Of a stretch of DNA of 64,000 nt, positions 30,561-40,795 are shown piece after piece. Under the pieces are notes generated by a model. The model saw only the letters and a program-made list of their open reading frames with translations. It was not told where the DNA came from and did no database searches. The position numbers and the translations under genes were made by a program. Positions within the stretch are counted from its first letter, which is position 1; each line of letters opens with the position of its first letter. Source of the DNA: Halobacteroidaceae bacterium (GTDB lineage: Bacteria; Bacillota; Halanaerobiia; B1SED10-174); NCBI GenBank assembly GCA_003554585.1, contig PWGV01000093.1, positions 1,043-65,042 of the forward strand, read 5' to 3'.

Positions 30561-30641
30561 CTTTAATTCCTCCCAATCTTTCGGTAAAAGCAAAGCGGTT
30601 GCTTGGACAACCGCTTTGCAAGCCATTTTCCTTTATAAGTA

Positions 30642-30670
30642 AGTTTACCACATTTTTTCCTTCTGGTCAA
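30642..30670 (-). promoter_or_regulatory. sigmaA promoter for lysA
   Basis: TTGACC-17bp-TAAACT with extended -10 TG. Confidence 0.65.
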
Positions 30671-30829
30671 ATTGCCTTTGGCCCCTATTACGAGGATAAT
30701 GGCGATTATCGAGGAGAATCAAACCCCTTAACCACAGATGAGATTAAGTGAGGCTCCTGAAAAACCTTTTATCGGGACAAATCCCGGATTTTCCTTCAAA
30801 CCTCGTTGGCAGGGAATTTTTTTCTTAAA

Positions 30830-32116
30830 TCAATCAATTGTGTCTCCAATCAAAGGACCAATTTCTGTTTTGTTTTCCTGAATCAACCAGGCCTTCTGCA
30901 GGAGAGGTTCTGCTTGATTGAAAACCCTTTCGTCCCGGGCATAAACTGAAGCCAATACCTCTCCCTTTTCTACCCTGTCCCCTCTCTTTTTCTGGAGATA
31001 AATGCCTACCTGGTGGTCAACTTCTTCCTCCTTGGTTTTGCGGCCTGCACCAAGAACAACGCTGCAGCGGCCGATTAAGCGGGCATCAAGCTCATTTACA
31101 AAACCGGAGCTATCCGCCTTAAATTTGAATTCGGTAGCAAGGGGCAGCTCAGTGGGAAGGTCTCCCCCCTGGGCCTGGACAATTTCCTGGAATTTATCCC
31201 ATGGTTTCCCTTCTTTCCAGGTGGTCTCAATTTTTTCGCGGGCATGTTCCCTGCTTGCATCGTGGTTTTCAAGTTGAAATGCAGCCTGAGCCAGGGAAAT
31301 AACAACCTCTCTCAAATCTTCTGGCCCTTCCCTCTTAAGACAATTTATTGCTTCCATAACCTCTATATTATTGCCTACTGCTCGTCCCAGGGGTTGATCC
31401 ATACTGGAGAGAATTGCCCTGATTTTTCTGTTCATTCCCTTCCCTATTTCCACCATAGTTTCCGCCAGCAAACGAGCCTTATCCATCTCCTGCATGAAAG
31501 CACCTTTACCAAACTTAACATCCAGGATTATGTTTTCAGCGCCTCCCGCGATTTTTTTACTCATAATGCTGCTGGCAATAAGGGGAATGGAATCGACGGT
31601 CCCGGTCACATCTCGCAACCCGTAAAGTTTTTTATCACCCGGAGCAAGATTTCCAGTTTGACCAATCATCGCAGCTCCAACCCTGTTTACCTGGTCGACA
31701 AATTCTTTTCTGCCCAAATCAGTTCGAAAGCCCGGAATGCCCTCCAGCTTATCAACAGTACCGCCTGTATGTCCAAGCCCCCTGCCCGACATTTTCGGGG
31801 CTTTAAAACCAAGGGAAGCAAGAAGGGGAATCAGGACCAGGCTTACCTTATCCCCCACCCCTCCCGTCGAATGTTTATCAACCTTAATTCCTTCTATTCC
31901 GGACAGGTCAATTGTTTCCCCTGAATTAACAAGAGCACGTGTAAGAGTAACGGTTTCCTCTTTTCCCATCCCCTGGAAATATATTGCCATAGCCATTGCA
32001 GCCATTTGATATTCCGGAATTTTTCCCTGGACATAACCCTCGATCAAAAATTCGATCTCTTCGGGTTCTAACTCCTGGCCATCCCTCTTTTTAATAATTA
32101 AATCATAGGTTTGCAT
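30830..32116 (-). CDS. pdp: pyrimidine-nucleoside phosphorylase
   Basis: DKHSTGGVGDK, MSGRGLGHTGGTVDKLE, SIMSKKIA. Confidence 0.96.
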   Translation of the reverse strand: MQTYDLIIKKRDGQELEPEEIEFLIEGYVQGKIPEYQMAAMAMAIYFQGMGKEETVTLTRALVNSGETIDLSGIEGIKVDKHSTGGVGDKVSLVLIPLLASLGFKAPKMSGRGLGHTGGTVDKLEGIPGFRTDLGRKEFVDQVNRVGAAMIGQTGNLAPGDKKLYGLRDVTGTVDSIPLIASSIMSKKIAGGAENIILDVKFGKGAFMQEMDKARLLAETMVEIGKGMNRKIRAILSSMDQPLGRAVGNNIEVMEAINCLKREGPEDLREVVISLAQAAFQLENHDASREHAREKIETTWKEGKPWDKFQEIVQAQGGDLPTELPLATEFKFKADSSGFVNELDARLIGRCSVVLGAGRKTKEEEVDHQVGIYLQKKRGDRVEKGEVLASVYARDERVFNQAEPLLQKAWLIQENKTEIGPLIGDTID

Positions 32117-32941
32117 TTACAAAACTCCTTCAGCTAAAATCCCCTTGACCAGTTTTTTAAATTCTGGTTTAACCTTTTCTCCCACTTCCATGACCTCTTC
32201 ATGGCTTAATGGTTCAGGGAGAGTTCCCGAAGCCATGTTCGTAATACAGGATATTCCCAGGACCCTGAGGCCCATGTGGCTGGCTGCAATAACCTCGGGG
32301 ACAGTGGACATTCCTACAGCATCTGCGCCCCAGCGCCCCACCATTTTTATCTCGGCAGGTGTTTCAAAACAGGGCCCCCCAAAAGCTGCGTAAACCCCTT
32401 TGCGGGTCATTTTCCCAATACTTTTGGCGACTGTTTCCCCAACCTCAATTAACTCGGGATCATAAGCTTGACTCATATCGGGAAAACGGGGCCCGAGGTC
32501 ATCTGGATTAGCCCCGCGCAGGGGATTTATTCCCATAAAATTAATGTGATCGGCAATAAACATGAAATCTCCCACGTTAAAATTGGTATTAACTGCACCA
32601 GCAGCATTGGTTACAATTAAAACTTCAATACCCATCTGGGTCATTATCCGCAGGGGCCGAACTAACTCCTGGGGAGAATAACCTTCGTAATAATGGTACC
32701 GCCCCTGCATCATCGCTACAGGAATATTATTCAAAAACCCAAATACAAACCGCCCACTATGGCCGGGAACAGTAGAAGGGGGTAAGTGCGGAACTTCCTC
32801 ATAGGGTACACTTGTTTTTCTTTCAACTTCATTGGCCAGCTCCCCCAGTCCAGACCCCAGGATCAGTCCAACCTTGGGCTTGGTTACCTTTTTTTTCTTA
32901 AGAAACTGGACGCCCTCTTTAATCTTTTTCATCTCTTCCAC
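32117..32941 (-). CDS. punA: purine-nucleoside phosphorylase (trimeric type)
   Basis: ILGSGLG, GRYHYYEG, TNAAG, GPCFETPAE, VGMSTVPE. Confidence 0.95.
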   Translation of the reverse strand: MEEMKKIKEGVQFLKKKKVTKPKVGLILGSGLGELANEVERKTSVPYEEVPHLPPSTVPGHSGRFVFGFLNNIPVAMMQGRYHYYEGYSPQELVRPLRIMTQMGIEVLIVTNAAGAVNTNFNVGDFMFIADHINFMGINPLRGANPDDLGPRFPDMSQAYDPELIEVGETVAKSIGKMTRKGVYAAFGGPCFETPAEIKMVGRWGADAVGMSTVPEVIAASHMGLRVLGISCITNMASGTLPEPLSHEEVMEVGEKVKPEFKKLVKGILAEGVL

Positions 32942-32946
32942 TATCT

Positions 32947-34119
32947 TTATTCCTCCTTGCCTTTAATTTGGTCCCAGAAACTTTTGCCATCAATCTGGCA
33001 ATCCAGGGCGAAATAACTCGCAATCGTAGCTCCCACATCTGCCAGTGTTGACCGGGTTCCCAGGTTTACATTTTCCTTTAGGCCAGGCCCCCAGACAAGC
33101 AATGGAACATATTCCCGGGTATGGTCAGTTGTATCAAAGCCGGGATCTGTTCCATGGTCTGCTGTTATAAAAAGAATATCCTCTTTTCCCATTTCTCCTA
33201 GAAAAGAAGGCAAGAATTCATCAAATTCCAGGAGAGCCTGGGCGAATCCATCAATATTATTCCTGTGCCCATAAAGCATATCAAAATCAACCAGGTTGGT
33301 AAAAATCAAATCATCCCTGGAATTTTTTGCTTCCTCCAGCAATTTTTCCATACCATCCGCGTTGTTTTGAGTGGGAACAGAACGGGAAATCCCTCTTCCC
33401 TCAAAAATATTTTCCAGTTTCCCTACAACTACTACTTCCCGGCCTGCTTCTTCTAAATAATCAAGAAGTAATTTCCGCGGTGGTTCCAGGGAAAAATCTT
33501 TTCTCCGGTGGGTTCGTGTATAATCCCCTTCTTTTCCAATAAAAGGTCTTGCAATAACCCGACCTACTGCCCATTCATCCTTTAAAAGTCCCCGGGCGAT
33601 TTTACAGATCCGGTAAAGTTCATCCACTGGAATAACCTCTTCGTGGGCAGCTATTTGAAAAACGCTGTCTGCTGATGTATATACAATGGGTTTGCCTGTT
33701 TTTTGGTGTTCTGGACCCAGCTCTTTGATTATTTCCGTCCCCGAAGCAACTTTGTTACCCAGGTACCCGTATCCAGTCTCCCGGGAAAAGGCTTCCATCA
33801 ATGCATCAGGAAACCCTTCTCCAAAAGTGGGGAAAGCTTTATCTAAAATTAATCCGCTCAGTTCCCAGTGGCCCGAAGTAGTGTCCTTATTTGGCGAAGC
33901 AAGGGCCATCCGGCCAAATCCACCCCTGGGGGATTTAACTGCCCGGGGAGAATCAATTATATTGAAAAGACCCATTTTCTGCATATTATAAAGGGGTAAA
34001 TCGGGGTGCTTCTCCAGAATATGCCCGAAGGTATTACTACCCGCGTCGCCAAATTTTTCCGCATCAGGCATTGCCCCTACACCAAAACCATCAAGCACTA
34101 GTAAAAATACCCTTCCCAC
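32947..34119 (-). CDS. deoB: phosphopentomutase
   Basis: LVLDGFGVG, KDTTSGHWE, YTSADSVFQIAAHE, DFDMLYGHR, ADHG. Start GTG 34119. Confidence 0.96.
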   Translation of the reverse strand: MGRVFLLVLDGFGVGAMPDAEKFGDAGSNTFGHILEKHPDLPLYNMQKMGLFNIIDSPRAVKSPRGGFGRMALASPNKDTTSGHWELSGLILDKAFPTFGEGFPDALMEAFSRETGYGYLGNKVASGTEIIKELGPEHQKTGKPIVYTSADSVFQIAAHEEVIPVDELYRICKIARGLLKDEWAVGRVIARPFIGKEGDYTRTHRRKDFSLEPPRKLLLDYLEEAGREVVVVGKLENIFEGRGISRSVPTQNNADGMEKLLEEAKNSRDDLIFTNLVDFDMLYGHRNNIDGFAQALLEFDEFLPSFLGEMGKEDILFITADHGTDPGFDTTDHTREYVPLLVWGPGLKENVNLGTRSTLADVGATIASYFALDCQIDGKSFWDQIKGKEE

Positions 34120-34188
34120 TAACCCACCTCCTTTTGTTTTCTCTATCTCCTTTTTATATTCCTTATAAGAACCCCTTTTTCCTCCCAC

Positions 34189-34221
34189 AAAAAAAGCCCC
34201 CTGCAGAAAGAGGGGGCTTTT
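34189..34221 (-). terminator. intrinsic terminator after ald
   Basis: AAAAGCCCCCT..AGGGGGCTTTTTTT hairpin. Confidence 0.85.
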
Positions 34222-34225
34222 CAGC

Positions 34226-35326
34226 CTAGCTTAAAGGATAGTATTCCAAATCCAGGGCGTCGGCAACGGCCTTGTAGGTTACCTTGCCGTTAAGAACGTT
34301 GACTCCTTTGGCCAGTCCGGGATCCTGATGGATTGCTTTTTTGTAACCGTTATTGGCTAGGCGAAGAGCATAAGGTAGAGTTTGGTTGGTCAGAGCATAG
34401 GTTGAAGTGCGGGGTACTGCTCCAGGCATATTTACTACGCAGTAATGGATTACATCGTGCACGGTGTAAACGGGGTCACTGTGGGAGGTGGGTTTAGCAG
34501 TTTCAACACAACCGCCCTGGTCAATAGCCACGTCGACTATTACCGAACCGGGTTCCATTGTTTTGACCATTTCTTCTGTAACCAGGCTGGGAGCCTTGGC
34601 GCCAGGCAGAAGCACTCCACCGATTACCAGGTCCGAATCTTTTACTGCCTCGGCAATATTGAGGCTGTTGGACATTATGGTCTTGACCTGGCCGCGGAAA
34701 ATATCGTCCAGGTACTGCATCTGCTTGTGACTTATGTCCATCATGGTAACTTCTCCACCCAGGCCCAGGGCCATCTTGGCAGAGTTTATTCCAACGGTGC
34801 CTCCCCCGATAATGGTAACTTTGGCCGGGCCAACACCGGGAACACCACCGAGAAGAACTCCTTTTCCACCATGGTGCTTTTCCAGGTAACGAATACCCAT
34901 CTGGGGAGCCAGACGACCGGCAACTTCACTCATTGGGTTTAAGAGAGGTAGGCCACCTTGCTTGTCTTCAACAGTTTCGTAGGCAATGGCGACAACTTTC
35001 TTTTCCATCAGGGACAGGGTCAATTCCTTGGGAACACCTGCAAGATGAAGGAAGGTAAACAAAATCTGCCCTTCTTTGAAGAATTTGTATTCTTCAGCTT
35101 CAGGTTCTTTTACCTTGATAACCATTTCGGTATCCCAGGCTTCTTCCCGGGAAACCATTTTTGCTCCTGCTTGCTCAAAATCCTCATTACTGATGCCACT
35201 GCCCAGGCCCCCATTTTTTTGAACGAGGACCTCGTGGCCACTGGAGGTCATTGCTTTTACTCCAGCGGGGGTAATCGCTATGCGATTTTCTTTGTCCTTA
35301 ATTTCCTTAGGTACACCGATTAGCAT
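34226..35326 (-). CDS. ald: alanine dehydrogenase
   Basis: IGVPKEIK..ENR, KVKEP, PMSEVAGR, GGGTVG, DVAIDQGGC, NMPGAVPRTST. Confidence 0.97.
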   Translation of the reverse strand: MLIGVPKEIKDKENRIAITPAGVKAMTSSGHEVLVQKNGGLGSGISNEDFEQAGAKMVSREEAWDTEMVIKVKEPEAEEYKFFKEGQILFTFLHLAGVPKELTLSLMEKKVVAIAYETVEDKQGGLPLLNPMSEVAGRLAPQMGIRYLEKHHGGKGVLLGGVPGVGPAKVTIIGGGTVGINSAKMALGLGGEVTMMDISHKQMQYLDDIFRGQVKTIMSNSLNIAEAVKDSDLVIGGVLLPGAKAPSLVTEEMVKTMEPGSVIVDVAIDQGGCVETAKPTSHSDPVYTVHDVIHYCVVNMPGAVPRTSTYALTNQTLPYALRLANNGYKKAIHQDPGLAKGVNVLNGKVTYKAVADALDLEYYPLS

Positions 35327-35366
35327 GCTATTATACCTCCTTTTCTTCCTTGCTTGTTAATTATAT

Positions 35367-35382
35367 TGCAAACTTTATGCCA
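35367..35382 (-). promoter_or_regulatory. sigma54 (-24/-12) promoter for ald
   Basis: TGGCAT-AAAGT-TTGCA matches TGGCAC-N5-TTGCW. Confidence 0.85.
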
Positions 35383-35393
35383 AGACACCTTAC

Positions 35394-36552
35394 TCAGGCG
35401 TCAAGTCTTTTTATCTTTCCATAGCGGCCTGCCCCGCCGCATTCAATTTCCAGTTCTCCTGTTCGCAATCTTAAAATCATTTCTACCCTTTTTTTATCTA
35501 AAAACCTTTCCAGTTGCTCCGGGGAAATATTATGGATTATCTCCATTTCTGAACCCAGGTTTTCGTAAAGAACCTCTAGGATCCTTGGTCCAAACCCGGG
35601 TAAAAGATGCAGGGGAATATGGAAAAAGTATGGAGCCCTGCCTGTTGGCAGTTTTGCAGTGTCGGATAATTTTTCAATCCGGTTGGAAACACCCTGGACC
35701 AGCGCAGGCTCCAAACATCGGGGACAGGTTTTGCCTTCATTTTTTCCAGGAGTAAAACCACATTTGCGACACCTGGTTTGAAAATATTTACCCAGGGCAG
35801 GTGGAAAACCCCTGAAAGATTTAATCTCCTGGCCGGACAGTATAATCTGAAAAAGTTGTCCAAAATCCCTTACAGTAGTGTCAATTTCCAGGTACTCCCG
35901 GGCAATATTGGGGGAGGAATGAGCGTCAGATCCGACCAGGAAAGGAACTTCATGCAAATCCTTTATCCTGTCCGCCAGAGTGCTGTCTGCACTCAGGCCC
36001 AGTTCAACAAAATCCACCTCATCAGAAAATTCCCCCAGGGATTGAAAGCTATCCAGCTGGCCAAAATAACCCTTGAAGGGAGTAAAGGCATGGGCCAGCC
36101 CAAGGTAACCTCCCAATTGACGGACCATGGAAAAAGCTTTGTGAAATCCGTCACGTAAAAACTGAGTACTAAGACCCGGATTCGTAATTTTTTTCCCTAA
36201 ATAGGAGTTAAAGGCTTCTAACTCTTCCATCCCCGGGAAAAATGCCAAACAATGAACCCGAGTGCCTTCTATGTCCATTTCCCATTCTGAACCGGGGATA
36301 AGCAAAAAAACCGCTGGAGGTTTTTAGCCCTCCCCCCGGACATTCACCGAGGTATCCTTTCGCGACCAAACCTTGAAATTCCTTTAAAACTCCATTGCAG
36401 GCTGCATCTATAATGCCCAGAACATTTAGCCCTCTAATTTTCTCTGCGTGTTCAATGGCCCGGTCCAGGGTTAACTCGGGAGAAGCAGTAATTTTAACTG
36501 GTTGGTCCGAAGCTCTTCCCAGGTGTACATGCAGGTCACAAAAGCTCAGCAC
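35394..36552 (-). pseudogene. endonuclease Q / YqxK PHP-family protein, split by a +1 frameshift at T7 (36304-36310)
   Basis: N-part DLHVHLG..ITAS..GIIDA; C-part AHAFTPFKG, ELGLSAD, SDAHS, GKY..RC..C..CP.C..GV. Deleting one T joins the two ORFs (SSGFLLIPGSEWE). Confidence 0.82.
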
Positions 36553-37040
36553 CGTTCAAACTCCTGCAAATAAAATTGTAGCCCGATGATCGTCTTGGCA
36601 TCGTTGAAAAAACCTTTTTGTAATCCTTCTTTTATTCCCTGTTTATCCATTATAACCTTTTCCAGCCCCTCTTCCTGGGCGGGTCGTGCAAACTCCAGGT
36701 CAGAAGCAAGACACAAAAACAGTTTTTCATTGCTGTACCCCGGAGATGTGAAAAACTGCTGGCGGATCTCAATTTGTTTACATTTATACCCCGTTTCTTC
36801 CAGCAGTTCCCTTTTCCCCGTTTCTATTGGTTCTTCCCCTGGTTCCAATAATCCTGCCGGTAATTCTAAAATATAATCATTTACCGCTGGTCGAAATTGC
36901 CTGACTAAAACCACGCGTCCGTCTTTTAAAACGGGAAGAAGCACCACAGCTCCCGGGTGAACAACACATTCATATTTTCCTTCAAGCTTAAGCAGACGAA
37001 GCAACTTCCCAGAGAATATTTCTTCCGGGTCTGAATTCAC
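36546..37040 (-). CDS. nudF: NUDIX hydrolase (ADP-ribose pyrophosphatase NudF-like)
   Basis: HPGAV, ELPAGLLEPGE..GKRELLEETG Nudix box, SPGYSNE, DAKTII. Confidence 0.88.
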   Translation of the reverse strand: MNSDPEEIFSGKLLRLLKLEGKYECVVHPGAVVLLPVLKDGRVVLVRQFRPAVNDYILELPAGLLEPGEEPIETGKRELLEETGYKCKQIEIRQQFFTSPGYSNEKLFLCLASDLEFARPAQEEGLEKVIMDKQGIKEGLQKGFFNDAKTIIGLQFYLQEFERC

Positions 37041-37073
37041 TTAGACCACCCTTTTCTTTTTTCTTAAACCACT

Positions 37074-38183
37074 TCAGTCTCCGAGAATATTTACTATCAA
37101 TTGGGAGAGATCAACCAGGTCGGAAAAAGGAATATATTCATCAGTTGAATGGGCTTTCTCCATCCCTGTAGCCAGGTTAAGTGTGGGGACACCTTTGCCA
37201 TTAAATATATTGGCGTCGCTTCCTCCCCCGCTGGCCAAAAGGTTTGCTTCCTTCCCCAGTTTTTCCAAGGCTTTTTTGCACCTTTTCACAACCTCTTCTT
37301 CGGGAGAAAACTCAAAAGAAGGATAAAGGTTTTCAGCTTCGAACTCCAGCTTCGCTCCATATTTTTCCGCTGCTTTCAGGAAAATGTTTTCCATTTTTTC
37401 GGTTTCGCGTCTTAGTTTTTCTGGATCATGACTGCGGGCCTCACCGGCCATTTCTACTAGATCTGGAACCACGTTACGGGCTTTACCACCCTTTATGGTT
37501 CCAATATTGGAAGTAGTTTCGGCATCTATTCTTCCCTGCTCAATTTTTGCCAGGGCTACGCTCGCAACCTTGATGGCATTGATCCCTTCTTCTGGACTTA
37601 CTCCAGCGTGGCTTGCTTTCCCTTTAATTTTAACCTTAATACTGTTGTGTGTCGGGCCCTTAATTATAATGTTGCCGACCGGCCCATTGGAATCAAAAGC
37701 AAAACCAAAATCGGCTTTCAGGGCTCCCTCTTCAAGGTTTTTTGCTCCTAAAAGACCAACCTCTTCTGATACCGTAAAAACCAGTTGCACCGGATAGTGG
37801 TCCAGTCCTTGCTCTTTAATAGTATAAAGAGCTGCAAAGATTGGGGCAATTCCGGAAATATCATCTGCAGCCAGTATGGTCTCACCCTTAGAGCGGAAAA
37901 TTCCATCTTCCTTAACAGGTTCAATGTTTTCCCCGGGTTCTACCCGATCCAGATGGGCCGTAAACATAATTGTAGGACCATCCTTGTTCTTCCCGGGAAA
38001 GTAGGCAATAATATTTCCCGCGTTTCCTCCGGTTTTTTCTCCTGCCTTATCCTCTTTAACTTCAAGGCCCAGTTTTTCCAGGTGATTTTTCACATAATCG
38101 GCTAGTTTTCTTTCTCCGCCTGATGGACTGTATATTTTGACCATCTCGACGAAAAACTGCTCCAATCTTTTTTCGTTAATCAT
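37074..38183 (-). CDS. M20 peptidase (peptidase T-like, YqjE)
   Basis: AHLDRV, ADD, SEEVGLLGA, HAGVSPEEG, GGGSDAN, AHSTDE. Confidence 0.9.
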   Translation of the reverse strand: MINEKRLEQFFVEMVKIYSPSGGERKLADYVKNHLEKLGLEVKEDKAGEKTGGNAGNIIAYFPGKNKDGPTIMFTAHLDRVEPGENIEPVKEDGIFRSKGETILAADDISGIAPIFAALYTIKEQGLDHYPVQLVFTVSEEVGLLGAKNLEEGALKADFGFAFDSNGPVGNIIIKGPTHNSIKVKIKGKASHAGVSPEEGINAIKVASVALAKIEQGRIDAETTSNIGTIKGGKARNVVPDLVEMAGEARSHDPEKLRRETEKMENIFLKAAEKYGAKLEFEAENLYPSFEFSPEEEVVKRCKKALEKLGKEANLLASGGGSDANIFNGKGVPTLNLATGMEKAHSTDEYIPFSDLVDLSQLIVNILGD

Positions 38184-38197
38184 TGGCTCACCTCTAC

Positions 38198-38737
38198 TTA
38201 TTCCCGGGCCGCCTCCATGCCTCTCTTAAGGGCTTCTTCGTTCAGGGGGATCAATTTATGGTGGCGTTCGGGTAGATTTTTTTTCAGGGAGGCTATAATT
38301 GAATCCATATCTACAATTTTTACTTTTTCAATTACTGCTCCCAGGGCAACCATGTTTGCAGCCCTATCACTACCAACTTCTGCTGCCAGCTCGTTAGCCG
38401 GGATTTTTATTACCCGGATATCTTTCCGTTCGGGCTCGTCGTCAATAAGCGAGCTGTTGATGATGAGGAGCCCTCCCTCTTTTAACTGGGGAGCAAATTT
38501 ATCCATGGAGGGCAGGTTCATTGCTACGACAACATCCGGCGTAGCAACAAAAGGAGAGCCAATGCGTTCATCGGAGACGATAACGTGGCAGTTAGCAGTT
38601 CCTCCCCGCATTTCCGGTCCATAGGAGGGAAGCCAGGAAACTTCTTTCCCTTCAATCATTCCTGCTCCAGCCAGGACCTGCCCCATCAGCATTACTCCCT
38701 GGCCACCAAATCCTGCAATGATAATTTCCTGCATCAC
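38198..38737 (-). CDS. 2-oxoacid:ferredoxin oxidoreductase gamma subunit (Vor-type)
   Basis: [29 protein letters not shown]. Confidence 0.93.
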   Translation of the reverse strand: MMQEIIIAGFGGQGVMLMGQVLAGAGMIEGKEVSWLPSYGPEMRGGTANCHVIVSDERIGSPFVATPDVVVAMNLPSMDKFAPQLKEGGLLIINSSLIDDEPERKDIRVIKIPANELAAEVGSDRAANMVALGAVIEKVKIVDMDSIIASLKKNLPERHHKLIPLNEEALKRGMEAARE

Positions 38738-39486
38738 TTGCTATCCCCTCCTTTTGGTGTTTTAAATTCGCCGAGGGGATAATAAGGAACCATATTGCTT
38801 TCAACCCAATCCAGGGCTTCCGCGGGATTCATGCCCCAGTTGGTAGGACAGGTTGAAAGAAGTTCTACCAGTGAGAATCCCTGGCCGGCTTTTTGAGTTT
38901 CAAAGGCTTTTCTAATTGCCTTTTTCGCTTTTTTAATTTCCTTATTATTAAACATTCCAACCCGGGAAAGATAGGCAGAACCATTGAGGGTAGAGAGCAT
39001 TTCCACAACCCTGATCGGGTCTCCTGCAGATTTTGCATCCCTTCCATATGGGGAGGTAGTTGTCTTTTGGCCAATCATTGTGGTCGGTGCCATCTGTCCC
39101 CCGGTCATACCATAAATTGCATTGTTAATAAAAATAGTTGTTATATTTTCTCCCCGCATTGCTGCGTGGACTATTTCCGCGGTTCCAATAGAAGCCAGAT
39201 CTCCGTCACCCTGGTAGGTAAAAACGAAGTTTTCGGGGTTTACCCGCTTTATTCCTGTAGCAACAGCAGGGGCGCGACCATGGGCTGCCTGCTGGAAATC
39301 ACAATTAAAGTACTCGTAGGCTAATACTGCACAGCCAACAGGGGCAACTCCCACTGTTTTTTCCCGGATATTCATCTCATCCATTACCTCTGCCACCAGG
39401 CGGTGAGTTATTCCATGGGTACACCCGGGACAGTAGTGACTGGGTTTATCTGCCAAAGATTCGGGTCTTTTAGCTACAACTTTCAT
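38734..39486 (-). CDS. 2-oxoacid:ferredoxin oxidoreductase beta (TPP-binding) subunit
   Basis: [44 protein letters not shown]. Confidence 0.94.
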   Translation of the reverse strand: MKVVAKRPESLADKPSHYCPGCTHGITHRLVAEVMDEMNIREKTVGVAPVGCAVLAYEYFNCDFQQAAHGRAPAVATGIKRVNPENFVFTYQGDGDLASIGTAEIVHAAMRGENITTIFINNAIYGMTGGQMAPTTMIGQKTTTSPYGRDAKSAGDPIRVVEMLSTLNGSAYLSRVGMFNNKEIKKAKKAIRKAFETQKAGQGFSLVELLSTCPTNWGMNPAEALDWVESNMVPYYPLGEFKTPKGGDSK

Positions 39487-40553
39487 TCCTTTTCACCCCT
39501 TACTAGCTCCATTAGTTGTTCATAAATCTCCTGGGAGGTCGGAACTACCCCTCCGCTTCTTCCGTAGAAATAAACAGGGCAACGACCGTTTGCAGAGAGA
39601 CGAACATCTTCCACCATCTGGCCACAGCTCATCTCTACGGTGAGTAAGAACTTGACCTGCTCGGCTATTTTTCCAACAACCTGTTCGGGGTAGGGGAATA
39701 GAGAAATGGGCCTGATTAATCCCACTTTAATTCCTTCTTCTCTTGCCCTTTCTACGGCACTCAAGACAATCCTGGCCATTGATCCAAAGGCGACGATTGC
39801 ATAATCAGCGTCCTCGGTTTGGATTGTTTCAACCCGGACTTCCTCTTCCCGCATTTGCTCATATTTCTTTTGCAACCGGAGGTTCAGTTCTTCCAGCTTT
39901 TCCGCCTGGAGACTTAGAGAGTTAATAACGTTGGGCTTGCGGTCTTTGTTTCCCACAGTTGCCCATTCTTTTTCCGGCAGATCTTCTGGAGAAATTTCTT
40001 TCTTGAATTCGACAGGTTCCATCATTTGCCCGATCATGCCATCCCCCAAAATCATTACGGGATTACGGTATTTATCCGCAAGGTCGAAAGCTTCCAATGT
40101 TAAATCAACTGCTTCCTGGACGGATTGGGGGGCCAAAACAAGCATTTTATAATCTCCGTGCCCTCCCCCCTTAGTAGCCTGCAGATAATCAGACTGGGCC
40201 GGCTGAATTCCCCCAAGACCGGGTCCTCCCCGGATTATATTGACAATGACTCCGGGAAGCTCAGAACCAGCCATGTAGGAGATTCCCTCCTGTTTAAGGC
40301 TTATTCCCGGACTTGATGAAGAAGTCATTACCCTCGCTCCAGCCCCTGCAGCTCCGTAAACCATGTTAATTGCAGCAACTTCACTTTCAGCCTGCAGGAA
40401 AACTCCATCTTCCATGGGCAAACGTCTTGCCATGTAAGCCGGGAGTTCATTCTGAGGGGTTATAGGGTAACCAAAAAAGTAACGGCAACCTGCCTTTATT
40501 CCTGCTTCGGCGATCGCCTCGTTTCCCTTCATTAAAATCTTCTCGGCCATCAT
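39483..40553 (-). CDS. 2-oxoisovalerate:ferredoxin oxidoreductase alpha subunit (VorB-type)
   Basis: [38 protein letters not shown]. Confidence 0.93.
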   Translation of the reverse strand: MMAEKILMKGNEAIAEAGIKAGCRYFFGYPITPQNELPAYMARRLPMEDGVFLQAESEVAAINMVYGAAGAGARVMTSSSSPGISLKQEGISYMAGSELPGVIVNIIRGGPGLGGIQPAQSDYLQATKGGGHGDYKMLVLAPQSVQEAVDLTLEAFDLADKYRNPVMILGDGMIGQMMEPVEFKKEISPEDLPEKEWATVGNKDRKPNVINSLSLQAEKLEELNLRLQKKYEQMREEEVRVETIQTEDADYAIVAFGSMARIVLSAVERAREEGIKVGLIRPISLFPYPEQVVGKIAEQVKFLLTVEMSCGQMVEDVRLSANGRCPVYFYGRSGGVVPTSQEIYEQLMELVRGEKE

Positions 40554-40771
40554 TTACCTCCTTCCTCTTTATATACTTCAATTACAGTGTCTGGACAGAT
40601 TTCATAACAGAACCCACATCCAATGCATTTATCCATCTCTTCAACATAAGCGGGATGATAACCCTTCTTATTTATTCCATCGCTCATCTTGATTATTTTT
40701 ACCGGGCAAACCCTTGGACACAGGTTACAACCCTTACACCTTTCGGAATCAAATACAACTTTAGGCACCAC
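40550..40771 (-). CDS. 2[4Fe-4S] ferredoxin-like delta subunit
   Basis: CKGCNLCPRVCP and CIGCGFCYEICP. Confidence 0.93.
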   Translation of the reverse strand: MVPKVVFDSERCKGCNLCPRVCPVKIIKMSDGINKKGYHPAYVEEMDKCIGCGFCYEICPDTVIEVYKEEGGK

Positions 40772-40795
40772 TTATCCTCCTTCCCTATCCACTTA

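Noticed and set aside
30670-30830. Lysine riboswitch upstream of lysA
   Set aside because: No AGAGGTGC-type L-box signature, and the promoter lies close to the gene.
31244-31924. Long antisense ORFs (e.g. 31244-31924, 2581-3351, 13768-14535, 49542-50204)
   Set aside because: Shadow ORFs opposite well-conserved genes, with no motifs of their own.
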